64,000 bases of DNA from Acidimicrobiia bacterium (lineage in GTDB: Bacteria > Actinomycetota > Acidimicrobiia > IMCC26256 > JAMXLJ01): NCBI GenBank assembly GCA_024281095.1, contig JAMXLJ010000157.1, positions 20,183 to 84,182 on the forward strand, written 5' to 3'. Under the pieces are notes generated by a model that was given only the letters and a program-made list of their open reading frames with translations, ran no database searches and was not told the origin of the DNA. The first letter of the stretch is position 1. Every line of letters begins with the position of its first letter. Positions 1 to 9,294 of the stretch are shown in pieces. The position numbers were made by a program, and so were the translations under genes.

Positions 1-55
1 CGTCGACGGTGGTGTCGGCGCGAAGTTCCCCTATCCGATGGGCGACCTCTGACCC

Positions 56-685
56 GTGGCCGGCGCGCCCGTTCCGTTCACGGTCTGGTCCGACTTCTTG
101 TGACCGTGGTGCTACGTCGCGGCGGTCCGCCTCGATCGATTGCAGGAACGAGCCGGTGATCTGGTGTCGATCGAGTGGAAGGCGTTCCTGCTCCGGCCGC
201 ACCCCGAGCCCCGCCCGCTCGAGCAGTTCCGCGCGTACACGAAGCGCTGGGAGCGACCGGCCGCTATGGAGCCGGGATGCGAATTCCACCCGTGGACGAG
301 CGACACACCGCCGCCGACGCACAGCGTGCCCGCCGCGGTCGCGGCGCGGGTTGCGCGTCGCTTCGGAGCTGATGCCGCCCACCGCTACGACGGCGCGCTC
401 TTCCGCGCGTATTTCACCGAGAACCGCACCGTGTCGGCGCGAGGCGTCCTCGTGGAGATCGCGGCCCAGATCGGCCTGGATCCCGAAGCCTTCGACGGCG
501 CGCTCACCCGCCACGGCGAGGAGGAACAGCGCGCGGTGTTCGCCGCCTACCACGAGGCGGTCGAGCTCGGGATCCACGCCGTGCCCGCGGTCGTGGTCGA
601 CGGCCGCTTCCTCGTGCAGGGTGCCGTGGAGGTCGACGACTACCTGCGGGTCGTCGACCGGGCGCGCGAGCGCCGCGACGAGTAG
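56..685 (+). CDS. DsbA/FrnE-family thiol:disulfide oxidoreductase with an in-frame TGA (101-103) at the first position of the CxxC motif; candidate Sec-containing (UxxC) protein or disrupted gene
   Basis: Frame-2 translation from GTG56 reads VAGAPVPFTVWSDFL-TGA-PWCYVAAVRLDRLQERAGDLVSIEWKAFLLRP and continues without a stop to 685. WSDFxCPWCY is the family N-terminal redox motif. The ORF track only reports 140..685 (TTG start), which lacks the redox motif. An upstream same-frame ORF ends at TGA 50-52. Confidence 0.6.
116..136 (+). other. SECIS-like stem-loop 13 nt downstream of the in-frame TGA
   Basis: 117-123 (UCGCGGC) pairs with 129-135 (GCCUCGA) with one C/U mismatch, plus a G-U pair at 116/136. 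Apical loop GGUCC at 124-128 starts about 23 nt after the U of UGA. Confidence 0.35.
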
Positions 686-724
686 GCGCGCGCATCTGGC
701 CGCGTCCCGAAAGGTCGCGACAAA

Positions 725-1507
725 ATGACGGTTCCGAGCGCTGAGGAGGGCACGTCTGTGGGACGTTACGACGGTCGGGTCGTCATCGTGACCGGCGCCG
801 GCTCCGGCATCGGCCGCGCCACCGCGCTGCGGCTCGCGCAGGAAGGCGCTTCGGTCGCGTGCCTCGACGTCGTGGACGACGCCAACAAGGCGACCGCGAC
901 CGAGGCCAGCGCGTTGGGTTCCGACAGCCGCGCGCTGCACTGCGACGTGAGCGACGAGCACGCGGTGTCGGCCGTCATCGGCACGGTCACGGCCGAGCTG
1001 GGCCGGCCCTGGCTCCTGTGCAACATCGCGGGTATCGGCCGGTTCGCGCACACGCACGAGATGTCGCTCGCGGACTGGGCCCGCATCATCGCGGTGAACC
1101 TCACCGGCACGTTCCTCATGACCCGCGCGTGCATCCCGCTCCTGCTCGAGACGGGAGGCAGCATCGTCAACATCGCGTCGGTCGCGGGAATCAAGGGCCA
1201 GCCGTACAGCGCCGCATACTCCGCGTCGAAGGGCGGTGTCGCACTGTTCACACGCGCGCTCGCGGTGGAGTACGCGTTGCAGGGGTTGCGCGCCAACGCG
1301 CTCGCGCCCGGCGGTATCGACACCGCCATCACCGGGAGCTTCGAGTTCCCCGAAGGCGCGTCGATGGCGCTGATGTCGCGGATCATGCCGTACCGCTCGA
1401 TGGGGAGGCCCGAGGACTGCGCCGCGCTCATCGCGTTCCTCGGGTCCGACGAGGCCCGATACATCAGCGGGGCGATCATTCCCGTCGACGCCGCCGTCAC
1501 TGCCTGA
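725..1507 (+). CDS. SDR family oxidoreductase (FabG-like)
   Basis: 260 aa with TGAGSGIG Rossmann motif and YSASK catalytic motif. Confidence 0.85.
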   Translation: MTVPSAEEGTSVGRYDGRVVIVTGAGSGIGRATALRLAQEGASVACLDVVDDANKATATEASALGSDSRALHCDVSDEHAVSAVIGTVTAELGRPWLLCNIAGIGRFAHTHEMSLADWARIIAVNLTGTFLMTRACIPLLLETGGSIVNIASVAGIKGQPYSAAYSASKGGVALFTRALAVEYALQGLRANALAPGGIDTAITGSFEFPEGASMALMSRIMPYRSMGRPEDCAALIAFLGSDEARYISGAIIPVDAAVTA

Positions 1508-1517
1508 GGAGGAACCC

Positions 1518-1976
1518 GTGGGTGTCAAGCAGCGTGACGTCATCAAGATGACGCAAGAGGAGATCGACGAATTCCTGCAGGGCCGACACTCGATGTCGAT
1601 CGCCACGATGAACCACGATGGCTCCATCCATCTCGTGGCGATGTGGTACGGATTCCTCGAAGGCGCGGTCGCGATCGAGACGAAGGCCAAGAGCCAGAAG
1701 GTGTTGAACCTCCGCCGGGACCCGCGCATGAGTGCGCTCGTCGAGGACGGCGAGTCCTACGAGGAGCTGCGCGGCGTCGAGCTCGTCGGACGGGGCGAGA
1801 TCGTCGACGACCCCGAGCGCATGTTCCAGCTGGGCATCAGTGTCTTCGAGCGGTACCAAGGAGGGGAATACACCGAGGAGATGCGTCCGTTCGTCGAGGT
1901 GATGTTGAACAAGCGCGTGGTCGTGAAGCTCCACGTCGACCGGGTGGTCAGCTGGGACCACCGCAAGCTCGCATGA
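1518..1976 (+). CDS. PPOX-class (pyridoxamine 5'-phosphate oxidase-like) probable F420-dependent oxidoreductase
   Basis: 152 aa. Contains ...EIDEFLQGRHSMSIATMNHDGSIHLVAMWY..., typical of the split-barrel PPOX family. Confidence 0.7.
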   Translation: MGVKQRDVIKMTQEEIDEFLQGRHSMSIATMNHDGSIHLVAMWYGFLEGAVAIETKAKSQKVLNLRRDPRMSALVEDGESYEELRGVELVGRGEIVDDPERMFQLGISVFERYQGGEYTEEMRPFVEVMLNKRVVVKLHVDRVVSWDHRKLA

Positions 1977-2755
1977 TCCGTCGGCCGGTGCCGACGGCGC
2001 CCCTCGTGGCGCTGCCGGCCGCGGTGGCGGCCGGTGTGGCGACGCTCGGCGCCGAGGCGGTGTACGCGGTGCGTCGCAGCCTTCCCAGCGTGACGGGCCA
2101 TGATCCCTCGGGCGTGATCGGTGGCCAGTCCCGACCCGAGGTGACGGTGCTGCTCCTGGGTGACAGCACGATCACGGGATCCGGCCTGGAATCGCCGGAC
2201 GACATCTGGATCCGTCAGGTCGCGTCGCGTCTCGGCGACCGGTGGCGGTTCCGGCTGGTGAGCCTGGCCCGCGGTGGTGCCCGCACGCACGAGGTGCTGG
2301 CCGAGCAGCTGCCCGAGGCGTTGAAGCATCGCGCCGATCTCGTCATGGTGTCGGCCGGCGCGAACGACGTGCTGTTCGTGACGCCCTTGAAGCGGGTCGT
2401 GCGGGCCCTGACGGAGATCGTCGACGCGCTCGGAGAGGTCGCGCCCGAAGTGCTGCTGACCGGCGTCGGCGATCTCGGCAACGTGCCGCGCGTGCCGTTC
2501 CCGCTCCGCCTGCTCGCCTCCTCACGTTCGCGTGCGGTCGACCGCATCCACGCGCTCGTTGCCAACCGGTTCGAGTACGCCGGCAAGGTGAGCGCGGGCG
2601 CGATGAACAGCAGGTTCACCCGGGACCTGAGCCTGTTCTCGTCGGACTGGTTCCACCCGAGCCGGGCCGGCCACGAGATCTGGGCCGACGCGGTCGCGCC
2701 GATGGTCGAAGCCGCGCTCGAGCGGGCCACGACCGAGCAGCGTGCCCACGCCTGA
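1973..2755 (+). CDS. SGNH/GDSL hydrolase family protein with N-terminal hydrophobic segment
   Basis: ATG1973 overlaps the upstream stop (ATGA). Has the LLLGDSTITG block I motif and a C-terminal DWFHPS (DxxH) motif. The upstream part of ORF 1643..2755 overlaps the PPOX gene and is spurious. Confidence 0.75.
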   Translation: MIRRPVPTAPLVALPAAVAAGVATLGAEAVYAVRRSLPSVTGHDPSGVIGGQSRPEVTVLLLGDSTITGSGLESPDDIWIRQVASRLGDRWRFRLVSLARGGARTHEVLAEQLPEALKHRADLVMVSAGANDVLFVTPLKRVVRALTEIVDALGEVAPEVLLTGVGDLGNVPRVPFPLRLLASSRSRAVDRIHALVANRFEYAGKVSAGAMNSRFTRDLSLFSSDWFHPSRAGHEIWADAVAPMVEAALERATTEQRAHA

Positions 2756-3926
2756 CGACGAGGCCGGCGGCTTCGCGGCCGAGGTGCGAGCCGCCCTCTC
2801 CGAGCGGCTGGAGTTGCGCACCGCGGCCGACCCGGTCGTCGTGCTCGGTGCCGGCAACGACGACCTCGAGCCGGGCCGGGCATACCTCCGCGCGCTCTCG
2901 GACGGCGGCTGGGCCGTGCCGACCTGGCCGCGAGAGCACGGCGGAATGGGTCTCGAGGCGCGCGGTGCCGCCGTGGTCAACCGCGAGCTCGCGAGGTTCC
3001 GTGTGCCCGATCTCTACCCCTTCATGGTCGGCATCGCGCTGGTCGGTCCGACGCTGATGGCCCACGCGACCGCGGAGCAGTGTGCGGAGTGGCTGCCGCC
3101 GATTCGCCGCGGCGAGCAGATCTGGTGCCAGTTGTTCTCGGAGCCCGACGCCGGCTCCGACCTCGCCGGGCTCACCAGTCGCGCGACGCGTGACGGCGAC
3201 GAGTGGCGCGTCACGGGTCAGAAGGTCTGGTCGAGCCGCGCGCACTACTCCGAGTGGGGCCTGTTGCTCGCGCGAAGCGACCCCGCAGTGCCGAAGCACG
3301 CCGGCATCACCGCGTTCGCGCTGCGGATGGATCAGCCGGGTGTCGTCGTGCGTCCGCTTCGCCAGATGAACGGCGACGCGCACTTCAACGAGGTGTTCCT
3401 CGACGGCGCGGTCGTGCCCGATCGTCACCGTATCGGCGGCGTGGGTGAGGGATGGGCCGTCGCGCTCACGTGCCTGGCCCACGAACGGGGCGCGCTGAGC
3501 GGGGGCGGCCCGGGGCTCTCCTTCGAGCGTCTCGTCGGGCTCGCGCGAGGTCGCGCCCGTGCCGGCGATCCGGCGGTGCGCGACGCGCTCGTGCACACCT
3601 ACATCGCGCTCGAGGTCGCACGGCTCAGCGGCAAGCGGGCGCGGGATCTCGCCAAGGCGGGCCGTCCGGGGCCCGAAGGCTCCGGCATGAAACTGCGGGC
3701 GACGACGATGTTCCGCACCTATGCCGACGCAGCGATGCGCATCCTCGGCGCCGAGGGTGTGGCCTCGGAGGGGGAGTGGCAGACGCTCTTCCTCACCGCG
3801 CCGTCGATGTCGATCCGCGGCGGCACCGACGAGATCCAGCGCAACATCGTCGGCGAACGTGTGCTCGGCCTCCCCGGTGACGTCAGGGTCGACCGCGACG
3901 TCCCCTTCGACCAGATCCCACGCTGA
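2742..3926 (+). CDS. acyl-CoA dehydrogenase (class with the WCQLFSEPxAGSDLA motif)
   Basis: 394 aa. ACAD N, middle and C-terminal domains are recognisable, ending ...IRGGTDEIQRNIVGERVLGLP. Confidence 0.85.
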   Translation: MPTPDDEAGGFAAEVRAALSERLELRTAADPVVVLGAGNDDLEPGRAYLRALSDGGWAVPTWPREHGGMGLEARGAAVVNRELARFRVPDLYPFMVGIALVGPTLMAHATAEQCAEWLPPIRRGEQIWCQLFSEPDAGSDLAGLTSRATRDGDEWRVTGQKVWSSRAHYSEWGLLLARSDPAVPKHAGITAFALRMDQPGVVVRPLRQMNGDAHFNEVFLDGAVVPDRHRIGGVGEGWAVALTCLAHERGALSGGGPGLSFERLVGLARGRARAGDPAVRDALVHTYIALEVARLSGKRARDLAKAGRPGPEGSGMKLRATTMFRTYADAAMRILGAEGVASEGEWQTLFLTAPSMSIRGGTDEIQRNIVGERVLGLPGDVRVDRDVPFDQIPR

Positions 3927-3936
3927 CCCCCGTCTG

Positions 3937-3983
3937 TTCCGGCGTCACTTTGCGCGCACTATGCGCGTCAAACGACGCCGGAA
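3937..3983. terminator. long imperfect hairpin between convergent genes (ACAD + / thiolase -)
   Basis: 3937-3946 pairs with 3974-3983 (10 bp). Inner stems are 3949-3952/3969-3972 and 3953-3958/3962-3967, with loop CTA. No U-tract. Confidence 0.5.
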
Positions 3984-4031
3984 GCGGGGGCCAACGCGCC
4001 GCTGACGCGCTCGCTCATCTCGAGGCGCGAG

Positions 4032-5237
4032 CTACTTCAGACGCTCGACGATCATGGCCATTCCCTGGCCGCCGCCGACACACATCGTCTCGAGCCCGAA
4101 CGTCTTGTCGGCGTCTTCGAGGCCGTTGAGCAACGTGGTCATGATGCGCGCGCCCGTCATGCCGAACGGGTGGCCCAGCGCGATCGAACCGCCGTTGACG
4201 TTGAGCTTCTCCCACGGCACACCGAGGTGCTTCGCCGAGGGAACCACCTGTGCCGCGAAGGCCTCGTTGATCTCGACGAGGTCGATGTCGTCGATGGTCA
4301 TGCCGGCGCGCTTCAGGGCCTGACGGCTCGCCTCGATCGGGCCGAGCCCCATGATCTCCGGGTTCAGCGCCGACACGCCGCTCGCCACCACACGGGCCAA
4401 AGGCGTGATCCCGAGCTCGCGGGCCTTCGTGTCGCTCATGACGACGACCGCCGCGGCGCCGTCGTTGAGCGGACAGCTGTTGCCCGCGGTGACCTCGCCG
4501 TCGGGACGGAACACCGGCTTCAGCGCGGCGAGCTTCTCTGCGGTCGTGCCCGCACGCGGCCCGTCGTCCTTCGCGACCACGGTGCCGTCGGGCGTGGTGA
4601 TCGGCGTGATCTCACGGTCGAAGAAGCCGTTCTCCTGTGAGGTCACCGCGCGCTGCTGCGAGAGCGCGGCGAACTCGTCCATCTCCTCGCGGGACACCTT
4701 CTCGAGCTCGCGCACGTTCTCGGCGGTCTGACCCATCGCGATGTAGATGTCGGGGAGGCCGGTCGGAGGTGCCCAGTCGCCCTGGTTGCCCTCACTCCGC
4801 TTCTTCGTGCGCTCGACCGCACCGGCGAACTTCTCGTTCTTCGGCCCGGTGTCGGCCGCGCCGTTCATGAACCGGCTCACCGTCTCCACACCGCCGGCGA
4901 CGAAGACATCACCTTCGCCGGCCTTGATGGCGTGCGCGGCCATGCGGATCGTCTGCAGCGACGACGAGCAGTAGCGGTTGACCGTCGTCCCCGGTGCGTC
5001 GGGCAGGCCGGCCAGGATCGCGGCGACCCGGGCCACGTTGGTGCCCGCCTCGCCCGCCGGCTGGCCGCAGCCCCAGATGACGTCCTCGATGAGGGCCCGG
5101 TCGAGTTGCGGCACCTTCTCGAGCAGGGCGCCGATGATGAACGCCGACATGTCGTCGGGACGGATGTCGACCAGCGAGCCCTTGTTGGCCCGGCCGATGG
5201 GCGTGCGGGCGGTGGCGACGATGACGGCTTCCGGCAT
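4032..5237 (-). CDS. acetyl-CoA C-acyltransferase (degradative thiolase, FadA-like)
   Basis: 401 aa. N-terminus MPEAVIVATARTPIGRANKGSL, nucleophile context NRYCSSSLQ, C-terminal NVNGGSIALGHPFGMTGA and CVGGGQG. Confidence 0.9.
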   Translation of the reverse strand: MPEAVIVATARTPIGRANKGSLVDIRPDDMSAFIIGALLEKVPQLDRALIEDVIWGCGQPAGEAGTNVARVAAILAGLPDAPGTTVNRYCSSSLQTIRMAAHAIKAGEGDVFVAGGVETVSRFMNGAADTGPKNEKFAGAVERTKKRSEGNQGDWAPPTGLPDIYIAMGQTAENVRELEKVSREEMDEFAALSQQRAVTSQENGFFDREITPITTPDGTVVAKDDGPRAGTTAEKLAALKPVFRPDGEVTAGNSCPLNDGAAAVVVMSDTKARELGITPLARVVASGVSALNPEIMGLGPIEASRQALKRAGMTIDDIDLVEINEAFAAQVVPSAKHLGVPWEKLNVNGGSIALGHPFGMTGARIMTTLLNGLEDADKTFGLETMCVGGGQGMAMIVERLK

Positions 5238-5322
5238 GACCTTCGCTCCTACGGGTCTACGGGCGAATCGCGGGGTTCCTGTCTAGCCGGTCACGCCCGC
5301 AGATGGCACCCTGACGCTGACG

Positions 5323-7062
5323 TCAGGAGGAGTTGCGGCCGCCGGGAACCTCCACCGTCTCAGTGTCGCGCCCCGAGCGCAGGACGGTGCCCGCGAGCTC
5401 GCCGGTGAGCGACGTGCCCGTGACGACTTCCACACCGTTCACCAGCACGTGCTCGATTCCCTCGGCCTCCGCGTAGAGGCGGCCCGCGCCGGCCGGGAGG
5501 TCCATGCGGGTGTGCACCGGGCCCGGGCCCACGCGCGACTCGTCGAACAGCACGAGGTCGGCGTTCCACCCTTCCTCGATCCGGCCACGGTCGCGGATGC
5601 CGTAGAGGCGGGCCTGCACGTCGGTGAGCAGGTGCACGGCCTCCTCGAGCGGCATGAGGTCGTGCTCGCGCACGCCGCGCAGCATCGACGTCGCGTACGT
5701 GAACGTCGACAGCATGTCGAGGTGGGCGCCGGCGTCGGAGGCACCAACGACCGCGCGCGGGTCGCGCCACACCGCGGCTCGCATGCGCCAGCTGTCGGAG
5801 TCGCCGCCCGCCATCGGCGGAGACAGCACCGTGGCGAGGTCGTCGGCGATCACGATGTCGAGGAGCGCGTCGAACGGGTCCTTGCCCTGCTCGGCCGCGA
5901 TCTTGCCCACTGTCTCCCCGGCGTACTTCTTGTTCTCCGGCGCGACGGTGTCGACGATGCGCATCCGCTCCCAGTTCGCCATCGCGCGCAGCACGCCGGC
6001 GTCGGGCGAGCTCGCGCCTTCTTTCAGCCGCCGGCGCACCTCGGGATCAGAAAGTGCGTGCTTCTTCTCCTCGGGGGGCAGGGTCATCGTCTCGCTCCAG
6101 CCCGGGAACGCGTCGAGGATGAAGGCAGTCTTGAAGTTGAGGTGCACGATCATCGCGTCGGGAATGGTGAGCGCGAGCACGCGTGCGCCGCGTTCGGTCG
6201 CGTAGTCGCCGGCCTCGAGCAGGCGCTCGTGTTGCTCGGGCCGGGCCGAGTTGATCGCGAGCACGTTCCAGTTCAACGGCCGGTTCGCAGTGAGCGACAT
6301 CTCGGTCATGAGGTCGAGGTGCTCGGGCTCGAAACCACCCACCGCCGGGATGAATTCGAGCGTCGTACCGGGGTGCTCGCGAACAACGCGACACATCGCG
6401 AGCAGCTCGTCGCGCGTCGAGAACCGGGACGGCACCGGGCGCCCGTCGCCACCGTTGTGCGTCGCGGCGAGCGACGACGAGAACCCGAGCCCTCCGGCGC
6501 CGAGCGACTCGTCGAGCACGCGGGCCATCGCCTCGATCTGCTCGGGCGTGGCCTCCTCGCCCACCGCGGCCTCGCGCATGACGAAGCGCCGGATCGCGGA
6601 GTGACCCACGAGGAATCCCGCGTTGACGCCGACGTTGCCCTCGAGCCGGTCGAGGTACTCCCCGAACGTGCGCCAGTCCCACGGCACGCCTTCCGCGAGT
6701 GACTCGAGCGGCATGCCTTCGACGCGGGCAAGCATGCGCATCATGTAGTCGGCTTCGGGCGCGTCGAGCGGCGCGATCGTGAACCCGCAGTTTCCGCCGA
6801 TGATCGTGGTCACGCCGTGCAAGGGCGACGGCGTCGCGGCCGGGTCCCAGAACAATTGCGCGTCGTAGTGGGTGTGGATGTCGATGAAGCCGGGCGACAC
6901 CACGAGCCCGGCCGCGTCGACGGTACGGGCCGCGGGCTCGTCGATCGCGCCCGGTGACGCGATGGCGACGATGCGGCCGTCGCGGATGCCGATGTCGGCC
7001 CGGCGACGGGGGCCGCCGCGTCCATCGATAACGTCACCGCCGGCGACGAGGCAGTCGAGCAT
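5323..7062 (-). CDS. amidohydrolase family protein (N-acyl-D-amino-acid deacylase-like)
   Basis: MLDCLVAGGDVIDGRGG...SPGFIDIHTHYD metal-binding motif. An alternative start lies at 7080. Confidence 0.75.
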   Translation of the reverse strand: MLDCLVAGGDVIDGRGGPRRRADIGIRDGRIVAIASPGAIDEPAARTVDAAGLVVSPGFIDIHTHYDAQLFWDPAATPSPLHGVTTIIGGNCGFTIAPLDAPEADYMMRMLARVEGMPLESLAEGVPWDWRTFGEYLDRLEGNVGVNAGFLVGHSAIRRFVMREAAVGEEATPEQIEAMARVLDESLGAGGLGFSSSLAATHNGGDGRPVPSRFSTRDELLAMCRVVREHPGTTLEFIPAVGGFEPEHLDLMTEMSLTANRPLNWNVLAINSARPEQHERLLEAGDYATERGARVLALTIPDAMIVHLNFKTAFILDAFPGWSETMTLPPEEKKHALSDPEVRRRLKEGASSPDAGVLRAMANWERMRIVDTVAPENKKYAGETVGKIAAEQGKDPFDALLDIVIADDLATVLSPPMAGGDSDSWRMRAAVWRDPRAVVGASDAGAHLDMLSTFTYATSMLRGVREHDLMPLEEAVHLLTDVQARLYGIRDRGRIEEGWNADLVLFDESRVGPGPVHTRMDLPAGAGRLYAEAEGIEHVLVNGVEVVTGTSLTGELAGTVLRSGRDTETVEVPGGRNSS

Positions 7063-7130
7063 CACACACCCCCGATTCATGACGTCGGTGTCAGGCTACT
7101 GCGGTCGGGGACGCAACGCAGGAGGGCACC

Positions 7131-7895
7131 ATGGGCGTGTTCGCGGTGACAGGGTCGAGCGGAGGCATCGGCCGAGCGATCTGCGAGCGGATCTCCAAGG
7201 CGGGCCACCGGGTGATCGGGGTGGATGTCCGGGACGCCGAAGTCGTCGCGGACCTCTCGACGCCGGCCGGGCGCAGTGAGGCGATCGCAGCCGTCGAGGC
7301 CGCGTGTGACGGCGTGCTCGACGGCCTCGTCGCATGCGCGGGCCTGGGCGGCACGGTGAGGCCGGCGTCGCTCGTGGCGAGGGTCAACTATTTCGGGGCG
7401 GTCGCCGTGCTCGACGGGCTCAAGCCCTGTCTCGCGCGCGGCGAGAGCCCGGCCGCGGTCGCGATCTCCTCGAACAGCGCGACGGCGGTGCCGCCCGGCG
7501 ACGACGGCCTGGTCGAGCGCTTCCTCGACGGCGACGAGGACGGCGCGGCTGCGCTCGCGGACGAGAGCGACGGCGAGCTCGTCTACGCGCGGTCGAAGCT
7601 CGCGCTCGCGCGCGCCGTGCGCCGCCGGGTGGCCGAATGGGGACGGAACGGGATCCGGCTCAACGCGGTCGCGCCCGGGCCGGTGCTCACCCCGCTCACC
7701 GAGGCCGCGCTGCAGCATCCCGTCTCCGGGCCGTTGATCAAGGCCTTCCCGGTGCCACTCGACCGCTGGGGCGAACCGAGCGAGATCGCGGAAGCGGTGT
7801 GGTTCCTCCTCGGGCCGCAGGGTTCGTGGATCCACGGCGTCGTGCTCTTCGTCGACGGCGGCACCGACGCGCTGCTCCGGGGCGACGTGTACTGA
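7131..7895 (+). CDS. SDR, 3-alpha-hydroxysteroid dehydrogenase/carbonyl reductase-like
   Basis: 254 aa. GHRVIGVDVRDAEVVADLSTPAGRSEAIAAV closely parallels my recollection of Comamonas HsdA (GHQIVGIDIRDAEVIADLSTAEGRKQAIADV). YARSK catalytic motif present. Confidence 0.75.
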   Translation: MGVFAVTGSSGGIGRAICERISKAGHRVIGVDVRDAEVVADLSTPAGRSEAIAAVEAACDGVLDGLVACAGLGGTVRPASLVARVNYFGAVAVLDGLKPCLARGESPAAVAISSNSATAVPPGDDGLVERFLDGDEDGAAALADESDGELVYARSKLALARAVRRRVAEWGRNGIRLNAVAPGPVLTPLTEAALQHPVSGPLIKAFPVPLDRWGEPSEIAEAVWFLLGPQGSWIHGVVLFVDGGTDALLRGDVY

Positions 7896-8000
7896 CCCCG
7901 CACGGTCGTGGGAACGCGGACGTATGCGTCGCCGAGAGCACACCGGGTGACGTCGCTCGGGATCTGACACGCCGTCAGCACGCTCGTACACTGCCTGGCC

Positions 8001-9170
8001 GTGGATCTGCGCTACACCGCGGAGGAGGAGCGCTTCCGCGCCGAACTGCGCACCTGGCTCGACGATGTGCTCCCGACGCTTCCGCCGGAGCCTGATCGCA
8101 ACGACTGGCCGGCGCGACGCGTGTACGACACGACGTGGCAGCGGATGCTCTTCGACGCCGGCTACGCGGGCATCAACTGGCCGGTCGAGTACGGCGGCCG
8201 GGGCGCGTCCCCGTCACAGCACTTGATCTTCCTCGAGGAGACCGAACGCGTCCACGCGCCCTATGTCGGGGCGAACTTCGTCGGGCTGCTGCACGCCGGC
8301 CCGACGTTGATGGCCGAAGCCACCGACGAGCAGCGAGCGCGTCATCTCCCTCGCATCCTGCGAGGCGAGGAGGTGTGGTGCCAGGGGTTCTCCGAGCCGG
8401 GCGCGGGGTCGGATCTGGCGTCGTTGCACACCCGCGCCGTCCGCGACGGCGACCACTACGTCGTCACGGGCCAGAAGATCTGGACCTCGCACGCCGAGGT
8501 GGCCGACTACTGCGAGCTGCTCGTGCGCACCGACCCGGATGCGCCGAAGCATCGGGGCATCACCTGGCTCATCATGCCGATGGACCTGCCGGGCATCGAG
8601 GTGCGGCCGCTGACGACGATCCAGGGCAGTGACGAATTCGCGGAGCTGTTCCTCGACGAGGTGCGCATCCCGGTCGAGAACCGCGTCGGCGCGGAGAACG
8701 ACGGGTGGCGCGTCGCGATGGTGACGTTCAGCTTCGAGCGCGGCACCGCGTTCGTGAGCGAGATGCTGCAGTCGATCGAGCTGCTCCGGTCGCTGGCGCA
8801 GATCGCCCGCGACACCGGACGCGACGACGCGGGCGTCAAGCGGGAGCTCGGGCATCTGGCCGCCGAGCTCGACGCGTTGTGGGCGCTCACGAAGCGGAAC
8901 GTGTCGCAGGCCGCGCGTACGGGGGTACCCGGCGTCGGCGGATCGGTGTTCAAGTTGCACTACTCCGAGGTGCGTCACCGCCTCGGTGAGCTGTCCATGC
9001 GCGTGCTCGACCGCGCCGGCCTCTCGGTCGCCGACGTCGACGGCTTCGCGAGCGGCGCGCTCGTGTACGGCCAGATCCACGCGCTGTCGCTCACGATCGC
9101 GGCCGGTACGTCGCAGATCCAACGCAACATCGTCGGCGAGCGCGTGCTCGGCCTGCCAAAAGAACGCTGA
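8001..9170 (+). CDS. acyl-CoA dehydrogenase (WCQGFSEPGAGSDLA class)
   Basis: 389 aa with a full ACAD domain set, paralogous to 2742 and 27073. Confidence 0.85.
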   Translation: MDLRYTAEEERFRAELRTWLDDVLPTLPPEPDRNDWPARRVYDTTWQRMLFDAGYAGINWPVEYGGRGASPSQHLIFLEETERVHAPYVGANFVGLLHAGPTLMAEATDEQRARHLPRILRGEEVWCQGFSEPGAGSDLASLHTRAVRDGDHYVVTGQKIWTSHAEVADYCELLVRTDPDAPKHRGITWLIMPMDLPGIEVRPLTTIQGSDEFAELFLDEVRIPVENRVGAENDGWRVAMVTFSFERGTAFVSEMLQSIELLRSLAQIARDTGRDDAGVKRELGHLAAELDALWALTKRNVSQAARTGVPGVGGSVFKLHYSEVRHRLGELSMRVLDRAGLSVADVDGFASGALVYGQIHALSLTIAAGTSQIQRNIVGERVLGLPKER

Positions 9171-9294
9171 CGGCGCGAATCGCAGCGCGGCGACCGGAGC
9201 GACGGAGGAGCGCAGGAAGCTCGCCAGCGAGCGAACGAAGTGGGTGGCACAGGGTGAGGCCGGAGCCCCGTGGCGAGGGAGCGAGCGAAGAGGC

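Noticed and set aside
9-728. 239-aa ORF covering the left edge
   Set aside because: Arg/Ser/Pro/Ala-rich low-complexity translation, typical of off-frame ORFs in high-GC DNA. It overlaps the DsbA-like frame, which has clear family motifs.
1643-1972. N-terminal extension of the SGNH hydrolase ORF, with similar long extensions of ORFs 16419, 16964, 26995, 31587, 33768 and 61125
   Set aside because: The extensions overlap well-supported upstream genes in another frame. Internal starts that abut or overlap upstream stops give family-typical N-termini.
5310-5327. CCTGACG-CTGA-CGTCAGG hairpin containing a CRE-like TGACGTCA, overlapping the amidohydrolase stop
   Set aside because: A short 7-bp stem inside an operon junction. 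It could be a weak attenuator, but there is no U-tract or other support.
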